Source of the DNA: Nemertoderma westbladi
Lineage: Eukaryota > Animalia > Xenacoelomorpha
NCBI GenBank assembly: GCA_032718475.1
Contig: JAUCBJ010008339.1
Coordinates: forward strand, 1 to 57,587
Length of the DNA: 57,587 bases
Reading direction: 5' to 3'
The translations under genes and the position numbers were made by a program. Shown here piece after piece: positions 27,046 through 40,225 of this stretch; position 1 is the first letter of the stretch, and the number at the start of each line of letters is the position of its first letter. The notes beneath the pieces were generated by a model. That model had not been told where the DNA came from. It did not search any database and worked only from the letters and a program-made list of their open reading frames with translations.

Positions 27046-28255
27046 AGTAGATAGTAAATAGAAGAGGAAAGTAGATAGTAGATAGTAAATAGAAGATGGA
27101 AGTAGATAGTAGATAGTAAATAGAAGAGGAAAGTAGATAGTAGATAGTAAATAGTAGATAGTAGATAGTAAATAGAAGAGGAAAGTAGATAGTAGATAGT
27201 AGATAGTAAATAGAAGAGGAAAGTAGTTAGTAGATAGTAGATAGTAGATAGTAAATAGAAGAGGAAAGTAGATAGTAGATAGTAGATAGTAAATAGAAGA
27301 GGAAAGTAGATAGTAGATAGTAAATAGTAGATAGTAGATAGTAAATAGAAGAGGAAAGTAGATAGTAGATAGTAAATAGAAGAGGAAAGTAGTTAGTAGA
27401 TAGTAGATAGTAGATAGTAAATAGAAGAGGAAAGTAGATAGTAGATAGTAGATAGTAAATAGAAGAGGAAAGTAGATAGTAAATAGTAGATAGTAAATAG
27501 AAGAGGAAAGTAGATAGTAGATAGTAAATAGAAGAGGAAAGTAGATAGTAGATAGTAAATAGAAGAGGAAAGTAGATAGTAGATAGTAAATAGTAGATAG
27601 TAAATAGTAGATAGTAGATAGTAAATAGTAGATAGTAGATAGTAAATAGAAGAGGAAAGTAGATAGTAAATAGTAGATAGTAAATAGTAGATAGTAAATA
27701 GTAGATAGTAAATAGTAGATAGTAAATAGTAGATAGTAAATAGTAGATAGTAGATAGTAAATAGTAGATAGTAAATAGAAGAGGAAAGTAGATAGTAGAT
27801 AGTAGATAGTAAATAGAAGAGGAAAGTAGATAGTAGATAGTAGATAGTAAATAGAAGAGGAAAGTAGATAGTAAATAGTAGATAGTAAATAGAAGAGGAA
27901 AGTAGATAGTAAATAGTAGATAGTAAATAGTAGATAGTAAATAGTAGATAGTAAATAGTAGATAGTAAATAGTAGATAGTAGATAGTAAATAGTAGATAG
28001 TAAATAGAAGAGGAAAGTAGATAGTAGATAGTAGATAGTAAATAGAAGAGGAAAGTAGATAGTAGATAGTAGATAGTAAATAGAAGAGGAAAGTAGATAG
28101 TAAATAGTAGATAGTAAATAGAAGAGGAAAGTAGATAGTAGATAGTAGATAGTAAATAGAAGAGGAAAGTAGATAGTAGATAGTAAATAGAAGAGGAAAG
28201 TAGATAGTAGATAGTAGATAGTAAATAGAAGAGGAAAGTAGATAGTAGATAGTAA
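27046..28255. repeat. Compound purine-rich microsatellite of AGTAGAT, AGTAAAT and AGAAGAGGAA modules
   Basis: Three short modules are shuffled for 1.2 kb with essentially no C on the + strand; source of the YYLL 'ORFs'. Confidence 0.97.
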
Positions 28256-29177
28256 CATTATAATATAATGTTAATAATGTATAATTATAGTTTCGTACCC
28301 CTTGATAAAACATTCGACGTATTTTTAGTTTTATTCAGAAAATACTACAAAACCTTACGTTGATTCTGAATCTAAAATAAATTTGTCGATAAGTTGTTTC
28401 GTTTCTCGAGTTATTCCAAATGTGGATCTTTCAACCAAAACCAATTAATCAAAACATCAAAAATACAATAATTTAACAATTTTCATTGTGTTACTTTTGG
28501 TGGTCGATTTTGGACAGTTGACATTAATATTAAACTTTATTTGCATTTTTGCAGACTTTTTCGTACTACTTTACTCAACCGAAGTTCGTTCTGTATTGAG
28601 AAATATACTGCAGTATGCAGAACAAGCCGTGCAAAAAAATTATTATCTATTAAAAATACTTACGGCACTTTTTTTGATATTTTTGGATAATGCTGTACCT
28701 TTTTTTTTGAGATTTTAAAATTCTGTCTATTTCTTTTTAAATAGACAGAAATAGCCCTGCAAAATGAAAAAAAATCAACAAAATTATTAAATCAACAGCT
28801 GTGAACGCCTCGTAAAAGCAAAAAATGTTTGCAAAATTCAGCCTCAGTCCCTACCCCCTTCAAGTTTGGCTTGGCCAGCCTGCCGGTATTCGCATAATAT
28901 CGCAGGTCAAGCATGTATGAATGTAATATTTTCCATTCATTCAATCAATAAATATTATTAAAATAATATTTTAATAATATTACGGAGATGGAAATACACC
29001 TTATATTATAAGGTGACTTATATTGTCGTGCAAAAACATTTCATTGTGTTGGAAATATGCGACAGGGTTGGGAAGGACTGAAATGTACGTAGGAGTTAAA
29101 ATAGTTATACTGTAATACCCGATCAGAGTTTGTTACGATTATTTGAATTTTAAATTAAATATACAAAGTGTAAAAAG

Positions 29178-29364
29178 TGCCGGGGGGACATATGATATGG
29201 TGCCCCCCCCCCCCCCCCAACTGAAAAGTGGGAGGGACGTGTCCCCCCCCCCCCCCCCCTAACTGAAAAGTGGGAGGGACGTGTCCCCCCCCCGCCCTAA
29301 CTGAAAAGTGGGAGGGACATGTCCCCCCCCCCCCCAACCCCCTCCCCCTATGGCTGCGCCACTG
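29178..29364 (-). mobile_element. Fragment of a non-autonomous hAT-like element with internal G/C-tract repeats
   Basis: Terminus CAGTGGCGCAGCC on the minus strand (CAG-start TIR type); three copies of AACTGAAAAGTGGGAGGGAC plus poly-C; the other terminus was not found. Confidence 0.4.
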
Positions 29365-31276
29365 GGTATTTGAGACGTATTTCTGGCGTATTTCATGTTT
29401 CAACTCAAATGTATAGTGTTTACCACACCGAATATTCTTCTAAATCGTAGGGCATGCTTAAGATTAACGACCAATAACAGATTGATTCCAGCTTCAGACA
29501 ATTGCACTAAACCGCTAAGAACTCCATAATTAACAATAACAATTGACTTATACACATACACACAAAGCGTTTTGTTGAAAATAAAGTGTAACTGACGTAA
29601 TAGGAAACCTATCTAGAAGTTGTTTACAACATTTGCGTAACTAATAAAGTACTCTACCATTATTGTGGATATGCATTGTGGTTTTTTTTTGCAAGGTCGC
29701 TGGTCGCTCGCTATGGGTGTCAGGTTATATTAGGACCAGCTGCTCAATTTGTTACAGCCGAAATGTTTAGGATGATTAGATATTGAAACGAGAAAAACAA
29801 AAACGAGAAGAACAAAAAGATAAAGTTATAATTGTCAAGTGAAATGATCAGGTTACAGTGGCAGGTTATTCTACCCAAAACAATAAACGAGAGACAATAG
29901 AACTGGTTACTTTTAGTTTTGTTCATAGTAACGGTTGTCGGATGTGGCTTTCGGTTTTCCGATGTCGGATGTCTGCATAGCACTGGCCTTTATTACTTTC
30001 CTGCCCAGATATTTCTTGATTCTTTTCCAATACTCTATTCCCAACGAATTTCTTTGGTTTTCAATTTATACCCCCCTCTGTGAATAGTTTAGATTAATCA
30101 CAATTAACAATATATATGTTGGCTAACAGAGGTAGACATTCAGGCGCACACCAACAATAATGAGGTTCGCCCAGGGCTAGGCGTCCCCCTCAAGGACTTA
30201 GGGGACGGCTGGGCCTACACGTGCCTTCATATAATGACACCTAGCAGACTAACCTACATAGGTCCAGTAGAAACATACATATCGTAAATGGACCCTATTT
30301 CCCAGCAGTGGGGGGTTGGAGTTGTGGTTTGTTAACTTTCTTCGCCCCAATGCGTTAATGGCGGTTCAATGCACACTCAGCCCCCTCCCCTCCTTGATCA
30401 ATAACATCCACTATCAGATCAAGAACAGTATAATGAATCTCATTGAACATGGAACTTGTACCAAACAATATTGATGTCGTCATAAGTGGCAATTATCAAA
30501 GGTGATAAATATAATATTAAGTATTGCAGAATTTAATTCGATTGTTAATATTGTTTTTCATGTGAAGATTAATAATACATCTTCACAAAACTTGTTTTTT
30601 TTCGTCGGTTTATATCCGTATAACCAACCACCTAAAATATTGAATAATATGTTAATATTAATATAAAACATTAAAAAACATCGACGCAAATAACAGTAAA
30701 AAAATTATGCAAGTTTATAATGGATTGCAAAATATTTGAAACATATATAGTTTCACTTTACTCCTCCTCTTTAAGTTTTAATTAACCGCAACAGTGGCTG
30801 TGTGACACGGCACTGCGATATAAAGTTGGAAAAATTGTCGCCTTGCGCGATTTAGTACCGCCAAAATATTTCCGCACAATAAACAAAACATGTAGCTTTA
30901 CAGGAAATGTAAAGGAGACAACATGCAATGGGTTTGGCCATGTAAAACACGGACACCAAATCACAACGATGGAAATTTCTAACTAAGGATGTGTTAGGAA
31001 GACGACTCGAATAAGAATAGAAGAGGAAGGTAAATGTCACCCGACAGTCTATAGCGGGAAAATTATAATGGCAAGGTTGTATATTTTCTACTCGTACGAC
31101 TAGATCCAAGGTGATCTCTAATGGGTTATTAAAGGTCATCCTGACTGAATCAATAAAGATTTATTCTTAAAATGTATTTATCATTGATTATTTAAAATTT
31201 ATATATTATTATTATCCCGAATATGACAAAATCGCTTCCCAAAATTATAAATGAGATAGAGATTTGGAAAGTTTAA

Positions 31277-31509
31277 GATTAAGTACGTCCATCAAAAATT
31301 TAGTGTACTAAGTTATATAATAACGATATTAATTGTGATTAAGTACGTCCATCAAAAATTTAGTGTACTAAGTTATATAATAACGATATTAATTGTGATT
31401 AAGTACGTCCATCAAAAATTTAGTGTACTGAGTTATATAATAACGATATTAATTGTGATTAAGTACGTCCATCAAAAATTTAGTGTACTAAGTTATATAA
31501 TAACGATAT
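31277..31509. repeat. 60-bp minisatellite, about 3.9 copies
   Basis: GATTAAGTACGTCCATCAAAAATTTAGTGTACTAAGTTATATAATAACGATATTAATTGT in exact 60-bp register. Confidence 0.97.
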
Positions 31510-31912
31510 CCTACCGCTAATATTATGGACACGCGGCCACACTGAAAAACCGTGAGACATTTGACGAATTAAGTTTACCAATATATATTATATAACTATA
31601 TACATTATTATAATATACAATTATTTTCTCATCGATTTATTTTTTATTAAAGGGTGGGGGGGGGGGGGGGGGGGGGGGGTACACCATTTTGGTCCAAATA
31701 TGATCAAATATGATCGAGATTATACTGCACGATTAAATGGTGTTTCCAAATCTGAAAACCGCTATTTAATAGCTCTTTTAGTTTTCAAGTTATAACAAAA
31801 AATTTAATCCATTTATAAATTAATTGGAGTTGAGCTGTTAATGCAACTGTAATTAAAGATGTAATATTATGGTTTTGTTCCGAAATGGAAAAAATGAGAA
31901 AGCGCGTCACGC

Positions 31913-31990
31913 GTCACCGGGGGTTCAACCAGCGTTATACGTACGTTTCAGGCCTCATCAGTAGCGCTAACCAGTTCAGCCACTTGCGAC
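31913..31990 (-). ncRNA. tRNA-like (Pol III A/B box) scaffold carrying a hammerhead core (HHR3)
   Basis: Minus strand: GTCGC..TGGCTGAACTGGTTAGCGC-TA-CTGATGA-GGCCT-GAAA-CGTACG-TA-TAACGCT-GGTTGAACCC..GTGAC. This gives an A-box-like motif, HHR core, B-box-like motif and pairing ends. Confidence 0.6.
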
Positions 31991-32046
31991 TTGCCCCTGA
32001 CATTCTCCCACCTAATCCACTTCTATTAAACAGGCAGTCTTAAGTT

Positions 32047-33600
32047 GGCAGTATCAGGAGATAGCAGTGTCAGGAGATGGCAGTGTCAGGAGATGGCAGT
32101 GTCAGGAGATGGCAGTGTCAGGAGATGGCAGTGTCAGGAGATGGCAGTGTCAGGAGAAGGCTCTGTCAGGAGATGGCAGTGCCAGGAGATGGCAGTGTCA
32201 GGATATAGCAGTGTCAGGAGGAGATATCAGTCTCAGGAGATAGCAGTGTCAGGATATGGCAGTGTCAGGAGATGGCAGTGTCAGGAGATGGCAGTGTTAA
32301 GATATGATGGCCGAGTCTGAAGATGGCAGTGTCAGGAGATGGCAGTATCAGGAAATGAAAGTGTCAGGAGATGGCAGTGTCAGGAGATGACAGTATCAGG
32401 AGATGGTAGTGTCAGGAGATGGCAGTGTCAGGAGATGACAGTGTCAGGAGATGGCAGTGCCAGGAGAAGGCAGTAACAGGATATGGCAGTCTCAGGAGAA
32501 GGCTCTGTCAGGAGATGGCAGTGTCAGGAGATGGCAGGGTCAGGATATAGCAGTGTCAGGAGGAGATATCAGTGTCAGGAGATGGCAGTGTCAGGAGATG
32601 ACAGTGTCAGGAGATGGCAGTGTTAAGATATGGCAGTGTCAGGAGATGGCATTGTTAAGAAATGGCAGTGTCCGGAGATGGCAGTGTCAGGAGATGGTAG
32701 TATCAGGAAATGACAGTGTCAGGAGATGGCAGTGTCAGGAGATTGCAGTGTCAGGAGATGGCAGTGCAGGAGATGGCTCTGTCAGGAGATGGCAGTGTCA
32801 GGTGATGCAGTGTCAGGAGATGGCAGTATCAGCAGATGGCAGTATCAGGAGATGGCAGTGTCAGGAGATAGCAGTGTCAAGAGATGACAGATTGGCAGTG
32901 TCAGCAAATGGCAGTGTCAGGAGATGGCATTGTCAGGTGATGGCAGTGTCGGGAGATGGCAGTGTCAAGAGATGGCTCTGTCATGAGATGGCAGTGTCAG
33001 GAGATGGCAGTGTCAGGTGATGGCAGTGTCAGGAGATGGCAGTATCAGGAATTGACAGTGACAGGATATGGCAGTGTCAGGAGATAGCAGTGTCAGGAGA
33101 TGGCAGGGTCAGGAGATGACAGTGTCAGGAGATGGCAGTGTCAGGAGGTGGCAGTGTCAGGAGATGTGGCAGTATCAGGAAATGACAGTGACAGGATATG
33201 GCAGTGTCAGGAGATAGCAGTGTCAGGAGGTGGCAGTGTCAAGAGATGGCAGTGTCAGGAAATGACAGTGACAGGATATGGCAGTGTCAGGAGATAGCAG
33301 TGTCAGGAGATGGCAGTATCAGGAGATGGCAGTGCCAGGAGATAGCAGTGTCAGGAGATGGCAGTATCAGGAGATAGCAGTGTCAGGGGATGACAGTGTC
33401 CGGAGATGGCAGTATCAGGAGATAGCAGTGTCAGGAGATGGCAATGTCAGGAGATGGCAGTGTCAGGAGATGGCAGTGTCAGGAGATGGCAGTCTCAGGA
33501 GATAGCAGTGTCAGGAGATGGCACTGTCCGGAGATGGCAGTATCAGGAGATGGCAGGGTCAGGAGATGGCAGTGTCAGGAGATGGCAGTGTCAGCAGATG
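32047..33600. repeat. Degenerate 16-bp minisatellite (GGCAGTGTCAGGAGAT)n, about 95 copies
   Basis: Period 16 with many substitutions and indels; source of the MAVSGDGSVRRWQCQE ORFs. Confidence 0.96.
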
Positions 33601-36600
33601 AGTACGAAAGGGTAAAGAGACCCCATATAACTAGGAGGTAGAGGCGCACATAACTAGCTGTCCATAAAGTGAAGCAGCTACATAAACTTGTGCCAATCAC
33701 GTTTCAACTTAATAATGATGGGCAGGCAAGTGCGAAAAATACATCGTTCAAGCTGTCACAGAACGGGCAGTATAGTGCCATGCACTTACTTTAATGAGTT
33801 TAAACAACTGACTCCAGTCAATGAGCAAAACGAGTATTGTGCTCGCCTTGGGGTGTCATGATTTGTTTACAGTCTTGTCCTGCTCACTTCCCATCTTTGG
33901 CGGTCCCACCCTGGTACTGTCAAGCGCGTTCAAACATGGGTTTGAAGGTGTGTCCTGCATCCACCAGGTGCCGGTTATGTGTAATAAAAACTGCACGCCA
34001 AATTTAGGCTATGAGTGCTTTCACAGTCGGTGATTTTATTTGTGATGTATGTATGTTGGTATACCACCATGCAGTAAAGTGTGCTACCATTTTGATATAC
34101 AAATGTTTCCTTATTGCAGATAGAAAAATGTGACGTTTACTTAATAAAATGTTGCTGTTGTCAGCGTGTGCGTTTAAAGTATTAAGTCGCTTGGTGATTG
34201 CTTTACTAAAAAGCAGCGTTGTCTGTTTGTAAAATATTTTCAATAAGGGCTGACCTTGAATTCCGACCCCATTACATCATTTGCTAATGCTATGGGTGCG
34301 GTTGAGGAACAAAAGCCAAACTGAACGCAAACCGCATTAAATCACTGGCCTGCCCACAGTAGCCCAAGCGAAAAAGCACCCTAAATCCAATGTGCACCAG
34401 AGGTTTCAAATGTGACGGAATCATACCTTACTGCGTCTTGCCTCTAGGGCAGCTATTTTAGCATTAGTCACACCAGATTGAAGCTCCCCGCCTACCCGTA
34501 ATGTCCTCCGGTTATAGTTCCGCATGTGGCGCCTAAAGCAGACAGGAAAGCGCTCTGAAGCCATCCCGTTAGTAGAAGATATTGGGGCCATTGAGCTAGC
34601 TGGTGGCCCCACTTACCTCGACATGCATCGCTAATCACTGATAATGCTATCCTACACACGATCTCCTGTGTAGAAACTTGTTTACAAGCTGGTCAGAATT
34701 TGGGCTAAAGGCCTAAAGGCTTGCTCCTTTTCGTTCAGACTTTACTTTAGCCTTTTATTAACAGATAAACGTTGTCTTTTACCAGCCAAATGTACGGTGT
34801 CGATTTTTGGCGTAACACCTAGGCGGTCCAACTCCGATAGCTAACTAATTCTCAGATACCAATTAATATATTACAACACATTAAAATGAAGTTTTAGATT
34901 GGAATTGAACGAGTTGTAGTTGTCGCAAGAAGAATAAAGCCATTAGCGATGTTTTCATAAACAATCGATGCGCTGGATATACATTCGGTATCGCAGATAA
35001 TATCGCATATGAAAATGACACGAAACTTTTTGCTAATATAGTGTGACTAACTTCATTCTATGTTTGAAATTCTATGTTCCTTGCATGGGAGTAAAACTAT
35101 AGTAAATGTTTTGTGTGATTTTAGGTGGTTAAAATACGATTGTCATCAATAATCCCATTTTGTGAAATTTTCCATTTAATATTCGTAGCCATAGGAACGG
35201 TTATCTGATCGCATCCATATATAGTAATACATTTACTGTTGAAAATAAACACGCGGTAAATTTTTTGTTTCCATGACAATTAAACTTACATCACCCGAAT
35301 CTCCATCTTATGGCGCGCTTTTATGACAATTTGAATTTCAGTCACGCCTCTCATATTTTTGCTGAAGAGGATTATGTAAAGTGTAGTTGTTATTAAATGT
35401 ACCGGTATATATTTGGCTGTAATGTGAATTTAATACACTTATTGCAGTCGTGGAATGGTTTTATAAAATAAATTAAAATACAAAATGGAATTTGAGATTG
35501 ATGTTGTAGGAAAAGTATGGTATGGAATTAATTTTCAAAATTACAGTAATTTCTACAAAAGTATCTTTATCGTTTCGATAATAAATGTACTATTTATTAT
35601 TTTGAAACCGGGGTTCTTACCAATAAACCAATAGTGAGTAAAAACGTTCTGTAACACCCAGCTTCCCCCCCCCCCCCCCCCCCCACCCCAGCCCCTTTAC
35701 GTGGTTTAAGAAATGAAACTATAATTATGATGGACGTATCCATGAACCATGAAGGAATACAATTCATTGCAAGTATGACTGGAACTCCTGCGAGGTATTT
35801 GTTTCTCCCAAGGTCGCATGCTTGTGATAACAACAACGAATCCAACCTAATGTGACAAAACCTTGCGTCTAGAACTCCGTAACTAGCCACTACAGCAACA
35901 CACATGAGTCCATTAGCTATGGCGTTCAAGCCCAATTTCTGTGCAAACTAAATATCACAAGAAACAAAAGCCATTCGTTCTTCATGGCAGAACAATTCTT
36001 AGGTTATTACAGTCAAAAGAGGGACCCGCCCACCATTAATGCAGTGTGAAACTTTCGTATCTACAATAACAAGCTTTCTTTCATTCGTCAATGTATCAGA
36101 TAGAAGCTACAGTAGTTTTTTAATGCAAGTTGTCTGACAGTCCATGGCGTTAATTCGCTAAGAAATTCTGACGACGCTAAATCCCCGCTATTCCCGTTCA
36201 TCATATATTTATTAACATTAATAAATTACTAATGGGCAGCGCGCAACCAGTTGACGACCAATTGCATGAACATTGGAAACCTTTAGATTTGACATATGGT
36301 TGAATTGTGGGCCCGTAATCCCATTGACACCAAGTAGTTACAAAAGAACATTCCGAGTTGAAACGATTAGCGATTAAACCCGCGGCATCGTGGTTGTGGC
36401 ATCAGCATTGCTCATCAAACCGTTAGCATTAGCATTCATCCTGATTTTTCTAAGTATCCCATCAACAAGATGAAATTGTGTTTGCCTTTTCTGTTGGCCA
36501 TTTAGGTTGGAAATGGATATTATAGTTTAGTAAGCGGGTATCGTGATAGGGAACGTGTTCCCTCTCCCTCGTGCAACATCAATAGATGGATAAGTCTATC

Positions 36601-37304
36601 TGTCTATCTGTCTATTTCAGTTTGTCTCATGATTGTGATATGAAACGAAATGTACTGAAGATGCACGTCATATTAATCAAATGGGGTTGCCATAGCAATG
36701 GTCTTACTGCAAGAGCATTGAGGCGGGGCGCAGTTGAAAGAGACTCTTTGATGGTGGTAGCGTTACTCTACACGAGTTGATTCGACGTGTGGCAAGTCCG
36801 CTGCTGGTATTGTGGGCGTTCTGTTTGGTTTCCATTGGAAAGAAGGATTTATATGCCTAAATTTTAATTTTTACATATTTATTACATTTGTCAGTGTGCA
36901 CTTTGCGACCATACAGGAAAGGAATGACTAAAAAAAAACAAGATAAAATAATATTCGGTTTTCGTATCAAAATTTTGATACATCCTATGAAAACATAGAG
37001 CGAAATAACAATAAGTATAAGGTATTGGTTTAGGTTGGTAATTCCATTGCTACACGAGACACTATAGAGATCTATTGTTCTCAATGAATAGGGCGGGTCC
37101 TTGTATCCCCACTTAGCCGCGGGTAACGAGGGACCCTCCAACTACAGCGGTAACTTTGTTTATCATCCTCAATCTCAATCTCTTCAACGCATCATTAAGC
37201 CGTCGGCGCAACGCAACCAATCTGCCGGTAAATCCTGTCGCTACATCAAGTGTCCTTTCGCAGCGGGGACCACGCCCGAATTCAAAGCGGGACAGATACC
37301 CCCT

Positions 37305-37342
37305 CGCGATGATGTAGCATCGCGTAAATAATCTTAACCTAG
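37305..37342 (+). mobile_element. Possible Helitron 3' terminus
   Basis: GC-rich hairpin CGCGATG-ATGTAG-CATCGCG, a 14-nt spacer, then CTAG followed by T. Confidence 0.4.
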
Positions 37343-38574
37343 TCGAGTGGTACAGTAGAAACTACTAATTTCTATCAAACGTTATACCATTATGTCGTTG
37401 TTAATCTTGAGAGTAATTAATTTCCGACATATTGGGAAAATCTCTAGCCTTGCGCTATAACTGTTTCTTGGGCGTGTCATGGCCACGCTATTAAACTAAG
37501 TATTTGTTGGGAAATTTGAAAGAAATGACCTTTCATTAAAAAATAACGTTATTTAAAACTTATGGCCATAAAATCTGAGAAATCATTCATCTACTATTAA
37601 CTTTAAGATTCATATAGGCCTTCAGTTTGTCTTCAGTTAAAGGGGGGATGGGGGGGGGGGGGGGGGGGGGGTGGGGTATACCCCCCTTAAGTACCAAATG
37701 TAAATTTCTATCGCATCTCTGTTGCTGCACAAGGTTTAGTTAAATAAACACCATATGATAGATAACCATATTATCCGTGACCCACTTTATGAGCATCACA
37801 CTACTGTAGAAACGCTATAACGGATTTTTTGCTGGGCTCTGCGGCTATCATATCGTCCGTGGTCCACCACCACCATGACCATCATGTACAATATCTCATT
37901 CTCTAGCAACCCTCGGGTATCAAATATTCTTGAACCCGGCCAATAAATGCATATCAGGATGAAAAAGTAAAGTGATCGGTGAACGTGTGAAACACGAGCT
38001 ACTGTAGGAAATGCAACCCGAAGGCTCCTCTCTCTTACCTGTTGGGGTGCTATGTGAGAAGAGAAGAGAAGGCGCCACACTAACTCTCAAGGTAGAAATA
38101 TTCAAACAAGCCGACCATTTTCTTTACTCTCCCAGCATCTGCCAGGTTCCTATTATTTTTTTGGTTGGGCTGAAACTTCTGTAGTTCCTTAGATCCCACA
38201 CGTTAACATCGAAAAAGTTTGTTTCTCAGACTTTTACAAACTCGTCCAGATCAGCCAATTACATTTCGTATCTATAGTACTTCAAAAGCCGTCCGCTTTT
38301 CTAAGCCATCCGAACAAAGTTTATAGGAAAGCAAAAATAGCATTTTAGAATAATTATATCCAAACACATAAATTTAGAGACAGGAGTGAGATGGCCAAAA
38401 GTACGCAAATCTCATCTCGGTGAATTAATATTAATTTAGCATTTAAGGGAAAGGGACAGGTAACAAGAATAGGTTTTTTAAGCAAAACAATAAATGAAAG
38501 TCAATAGCACAAATATATTTATATAATTTTTAGGAAGTTATGGTGTTAAAGAAGACAACTTTTCGTATAACTTA

Positions 38575-39476
38575 CACCATGTCCTAGAATATAGTGTCGT
38601 TATTCAAGTACATGCCCACCCATCAAATTTTTCTACAAATCTTAATGAGATTGCATGAAATTTGAAACAGAGATAGTTTCACCTCCCTCCTCCTCCGTGG
38701 GTGAGCCAGAATTTTTATTTTTGCTTTCAATCTTTAGCTACAAGCGTTTAAAATAAGTGTCTCCGTCGATATTGCACCAGTTACACCGCAGTTATTCTTC
38801 AAACATTTAGTGATTTGTTGGTACTAGTAGAAAGCTTACCGTGCAAGGATTCCAAATATGTAAAAATATTTGAATTTGGTTGGGAAATAGCTGAGTTATT
38901 GGCATTCGAATTTTGCATGTATTAGCTTCCGCTGCAGACCATTTATTATATTAAATAAATACACAATATTCTAGAGCATTTTGTTTATCTCATAAGTAGC
39001 TTGGCAACAATGCAATGCCTACATTATAATACTAGTTTATGGACATTCCCACATAATCAAAATGTTCTAGAACATTGTGTATTTATTTAATATAATAAAT
39101 GGCCTGCAGCGGAAGCAAATACATGCAAAATTCTAATGCCCATATCTCAGCTATTTCCCAACCAAATTCACATATTTTTACATATTTGGAATCCTTGCAC
39201 GGTAAGCTTTCTACTAGTACCAACAAATCACTAAATGTTTGAAGAATAACCGCGGTGTAACTGGTGCAATATCGACGGAGACACCTTTTTCAAACGCTTG
39301 TAGCTAAAGAACGAAAGCAAAATACAAATTCTGGATCACCCACGGAGGAGGAGGGAGGTGAAACTATCTCTGTTTCAAATTTCATGCAATCTCATTAAGA
39401 TTTGTAGAAAAAATTGGGGGGGGGGGGGGGGGGGGGCATGTACCTGAATAACGACACTATATTCCAGGACATGGTG
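38575..39476. mobile_element. Foldback-type non-autonomous DNA transposon with about 410-bp inverted arms and TA flanks (Tc1/mariner-like)
   Basis: 38575-38982 is the reverse complement of 39058-39476 with scattered mismatches. Ends read TA|CACCATGTCC...GGACATGGTG|TA, with a spacer of about 75 bp. Confidence 0.85.
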
Positions 39477-39614
39477 TATATACCTCTGTTACCGTTAGGT
39501 ACCCCTTACGATATATATGAGAAGCCCAATTACATTTATCACCGCTACTCAGATTAACCGCAAGATGGCGCAAGAAGGTGATGTCCCTCGGGCCGGTCTT
39601 AGTTATATGTTTCC

Positions 39615-39847
39615 AATATTTGAAGAATAACTGCAGTGTAACTGGTGCAATATCGTCAGAGACACCTTTTTCAAACGGTTGTAGCTAAAGAATGAAAGCA
39701 AAAATATAAATTCTGGCTCACCCAGGATGGAGGAGGGAGGTGAAACTATCTCTGTTTCAAATTTCATGCAATCTCATTACGATTTGTGGAAAATTTTGGG
39801 GGAGGGGCAGGTACCTGTATAACGACACTATATTCCAGGACATGGTG
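39615..39847. mobile_element. Third, partial copy of the foldback arm
   Basis: Directly repeats about 39235-39476 (TTTGAAGAATAAC...GGACATGGTG TA). Confidence 0.85.
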
Positions 39848-40225
39848 TAATCATATGCCAAAAAGTATGACTTCTTCTATCAGCTGATCGAGGTATTCTA
39901 GAATGCAGTGAGCAGGCGGGTGTAAAAAAATTTCAAAACATTTTCAAAATTTTATTGTATATGTGTTTAACATCCATAGATTGTATAAATTATTAAGTAA
40001 TTAAACAGGACTAAGGATGATCCAACTCTATAGCAAAGGGTGAGTGAGGGAGACTTGACTTTAGGGGAGACTTGATTTTTTTTAATAACTCAAAAACTAT
40101 TGGAAATTATTTAATAATACCACACAAAAATGTGTAAAATACATGTTGGCTACACTCGCGCAACAATGTTTTATTACCTTTTGGTTATTTTTTGTTTTAT
40201 TGTCAATAAACGTTTTCGCTGACGG

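Noticed and set aside
27227-28313. Hydrophobic YYLL membrane-like proteins of 306-343 aa
   Set aside because: Reverse translation of a low-complexity microsatellite.
32045-33641. MAVSGDGSVRRWQCQE repeat proteins
   Set aside because: 16-bp repeat translations broken by stops, with the same peptide in every frame.
33640-34620. Possible decayed LINE/RNase H coding remnant (PPW motif)
   Set aside because: Only isolated short motifs across broken frames.
37637-37690. TTAA-flanked G/C-tract mini-element (Kolobok/piggyBac-like)
   Set aside because: The inverted match consists only of homopolymer runs, which are common throughout the window.
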